From Octopus sinensis (lineage: Eukaryota), in the NCBI RefSeq assembly GCF_006345805.1, contig NC_043006.1, positions 62,001-126,000 of the forward strand: a stretch of DNA of 64,000 bases. The letters run 5' to 3'. The position numbers and the translations under genes are program-made. Below the pieces are notes generated by a model. It did not search any database. It was given only the letters and a program-made list of their open reading frames with translations, and was not told the DNA's origin. Shown one piece after another: positions 62,250 to 64,000 of this stretch; the first letter of the stretch is position 1; every line of letters begins with the position of its first letter.

Positions 62250-62459
62250 CATATGTTTGTGTGTCTTTGTTTGTCCCCACAACATCGCTTGACAACCGAT
62301 GCTGGTGCGTTTACGTCCCCGTAACTTAGCGGTTCGGTAAAAGGGACCGATAGAATAAGTACTAGGCTTACAAGAAATAAGTCCTGGGGTTGATTTGCTC
62401 GACTAAAGGTGGTGTCCCAGCTTGGCCGTAGTCAAATGACTGAAACAAGTAAAAGAGTA
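62045..62459 (+). mobile_element. SINE family A, 5'-truncated
   Basis: Starts at atggttccgggttcag; full body and tail. Confidence 0.88.
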
Positions 62460-62743
62460 GAGGTACCTGTATTTATTGAAATTTTCAAGATTTGTATTTG
62501 GAATTTATGTTAAGAATATAACGCAATTGTTTCATTGTTACTAACCAACAAACAAATAATTTATTTCAAAACTGTATATATGCATATATGGGATTCACAG
62601 GTGATAAGATAGTTCTCAAGGGATCAACAAGTAAAATAAGGTTGGGAACCCCTGATTTAGATCAATTTAATTTGTGCATTTCTTTCATATTCTCCCTCGT
62701 TTCCTTTTAATTCTTCAACATTCTCTTCCTTTTCTCCCCCCCC

Positions 62744-62804
<61 letters not shown>

Positions 62805-63330
62805 CTTTTCACACTTCACCTTTTACCTTCTTCCTGTCGGTTTTATATATCCCTTCATTCTACGTCTTTTCTTTTAACGCAATCAGCCGGCCGGCCAGCC
62901 AGCCAGCCAGCCTGCCGGCCAGTCAGTCAGTCAGGCGCTCAGAATGCACCCGTTCACCTGTTTATATCTCCCCCGCCCTTACTTCCGCCAAGTTGGTCAA
63001 CAACGTAAATACGTACATTTGGCATGGGATGTCAGCGTGGATCTAAAGGTAAAAAAAAGCAACTGAAGTGATACGCAGTTCTTCATCTAAGGGCCAGACA
63101 GTTTGTCTTCGAGAATCTTATAATGATGCCAGCAAGTGCAAGTGTGGCATCTTGCCTGCGACCAAACTAGAATTTCTTAATCTAAATAGCATTGCCAATC
63201 AAGCTTAGTTGTAATGGTGGTGGTGGTAGTGGTGGGAGTGGGTACTGCTCTAAGTGGCGACTTAGTTATCATGAGACTTTAAAGATTTACAGAAGGCGTC
63301 GTCAACTTATTGTTTTTCCAAAAATTATGT

Positions 63331-63560
63331 TTCTTTATTACCCACAAGGGGCTAAACACGGAGAGGACAAACAAAGCTAGACAAACGGATTAAGTCGATT
63401 ACATCGACCCCAGTGCGTAACTGGTACTTAATTTATCGACCCCGAAAGGATGAAAGGCAAAGTCGACCTCGGCGGAATTTGAACTCAGAACGTAACGGCA
63501 GACGAAATACGGCTACGCATTTCGCCCGGCGTGCTAAAGTTTCTGCCAGCTCGCCGCCCT
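63331..63560 (-). mobile_element. SINE family C, full length, tail type a
   Basis: Head agggcggcgagctggcagaaac on -; tail gccccttgtgggtaataaagaaa. Confidence 0.9.
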
Positions 63561-64000
63561 CTTTTCCAAAAGTTATCAAGACCAAGAGAAAAGCTCTCAG
63601 CGAACAGACTCTTCGACACGATTCTGGTTTGAAACAAATTCACTTCACTTCACGCTACTAATGATCTGGGAATGATAGATACAAACATCACGGCTTTCTT
63701 TTTTTCCTTTATCAAATTCATAACAAGCACTAGAGAGCAACAAATTAGCTCTCAATAAAGTGAGTCCGTGATACGGTTTCAATTTCTAATCAAAACTATT
63801 TCGTTTCACCCAACGGCAACTGGTCTATTTTACATTCGAATCTGCCGGAACGTATTAAGAACGAATATGTACTTCATTGCTTTGATTTTCACTCTACTGC
63901 GTGCACGTGACGATATATTATCGGTTAGACAGGCATCAACACGCACCAGCAAATATTTATTTGCAGAATTCTACAAACAAGAGCCAACGTTATTGTTTAG

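Overview
Repeat-dominated, AT-rich, microsatellite-dense animal genomic DNA. It is most likely from an octopus or other cephalopod, inferred from the SINE families and microsatellite load and not verified. No intact host gene can be supported, and most short six-frame ORFs are microsatellite or SINE artefacts. The window is a layered archive of mobile elements. Non-LTR retrotransposons: a near full-length but broken L1/Tx1-clade LINE with a 21-bp TSD, two RTE LINEs (one with a twin-priming-type 5' inversion, one with a ~67-bp TSD), a CR1 LINE sitting in a GATA microsatellite, and R4/Dong-like, Penelope-like and CR1/L2-like relics. DNA transposons: four Tc1/mariner-superfamily elements (two DD34D-type mariners, one DD37D, one DD40D), a decayed hAT element, several MITEs and non-autonomous Helitrons. 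There are also three tRNA-derived SINE families. Most notable on manual reading: (1) about nine minimal type-I hammerhead-ribozyme-like folds with palindromic stem III, found in or next to inverted-repeat or Penelope-like modules, where several unrelated sequence families share the non-canonical core CCGANGA (U4->C); (2) three non-autonomous-element/LINE 3'-tail partnerships visible inside the window, including a SINE with a tail matching the L1/Tx1 element. All coordinates and alignments were read by eye.
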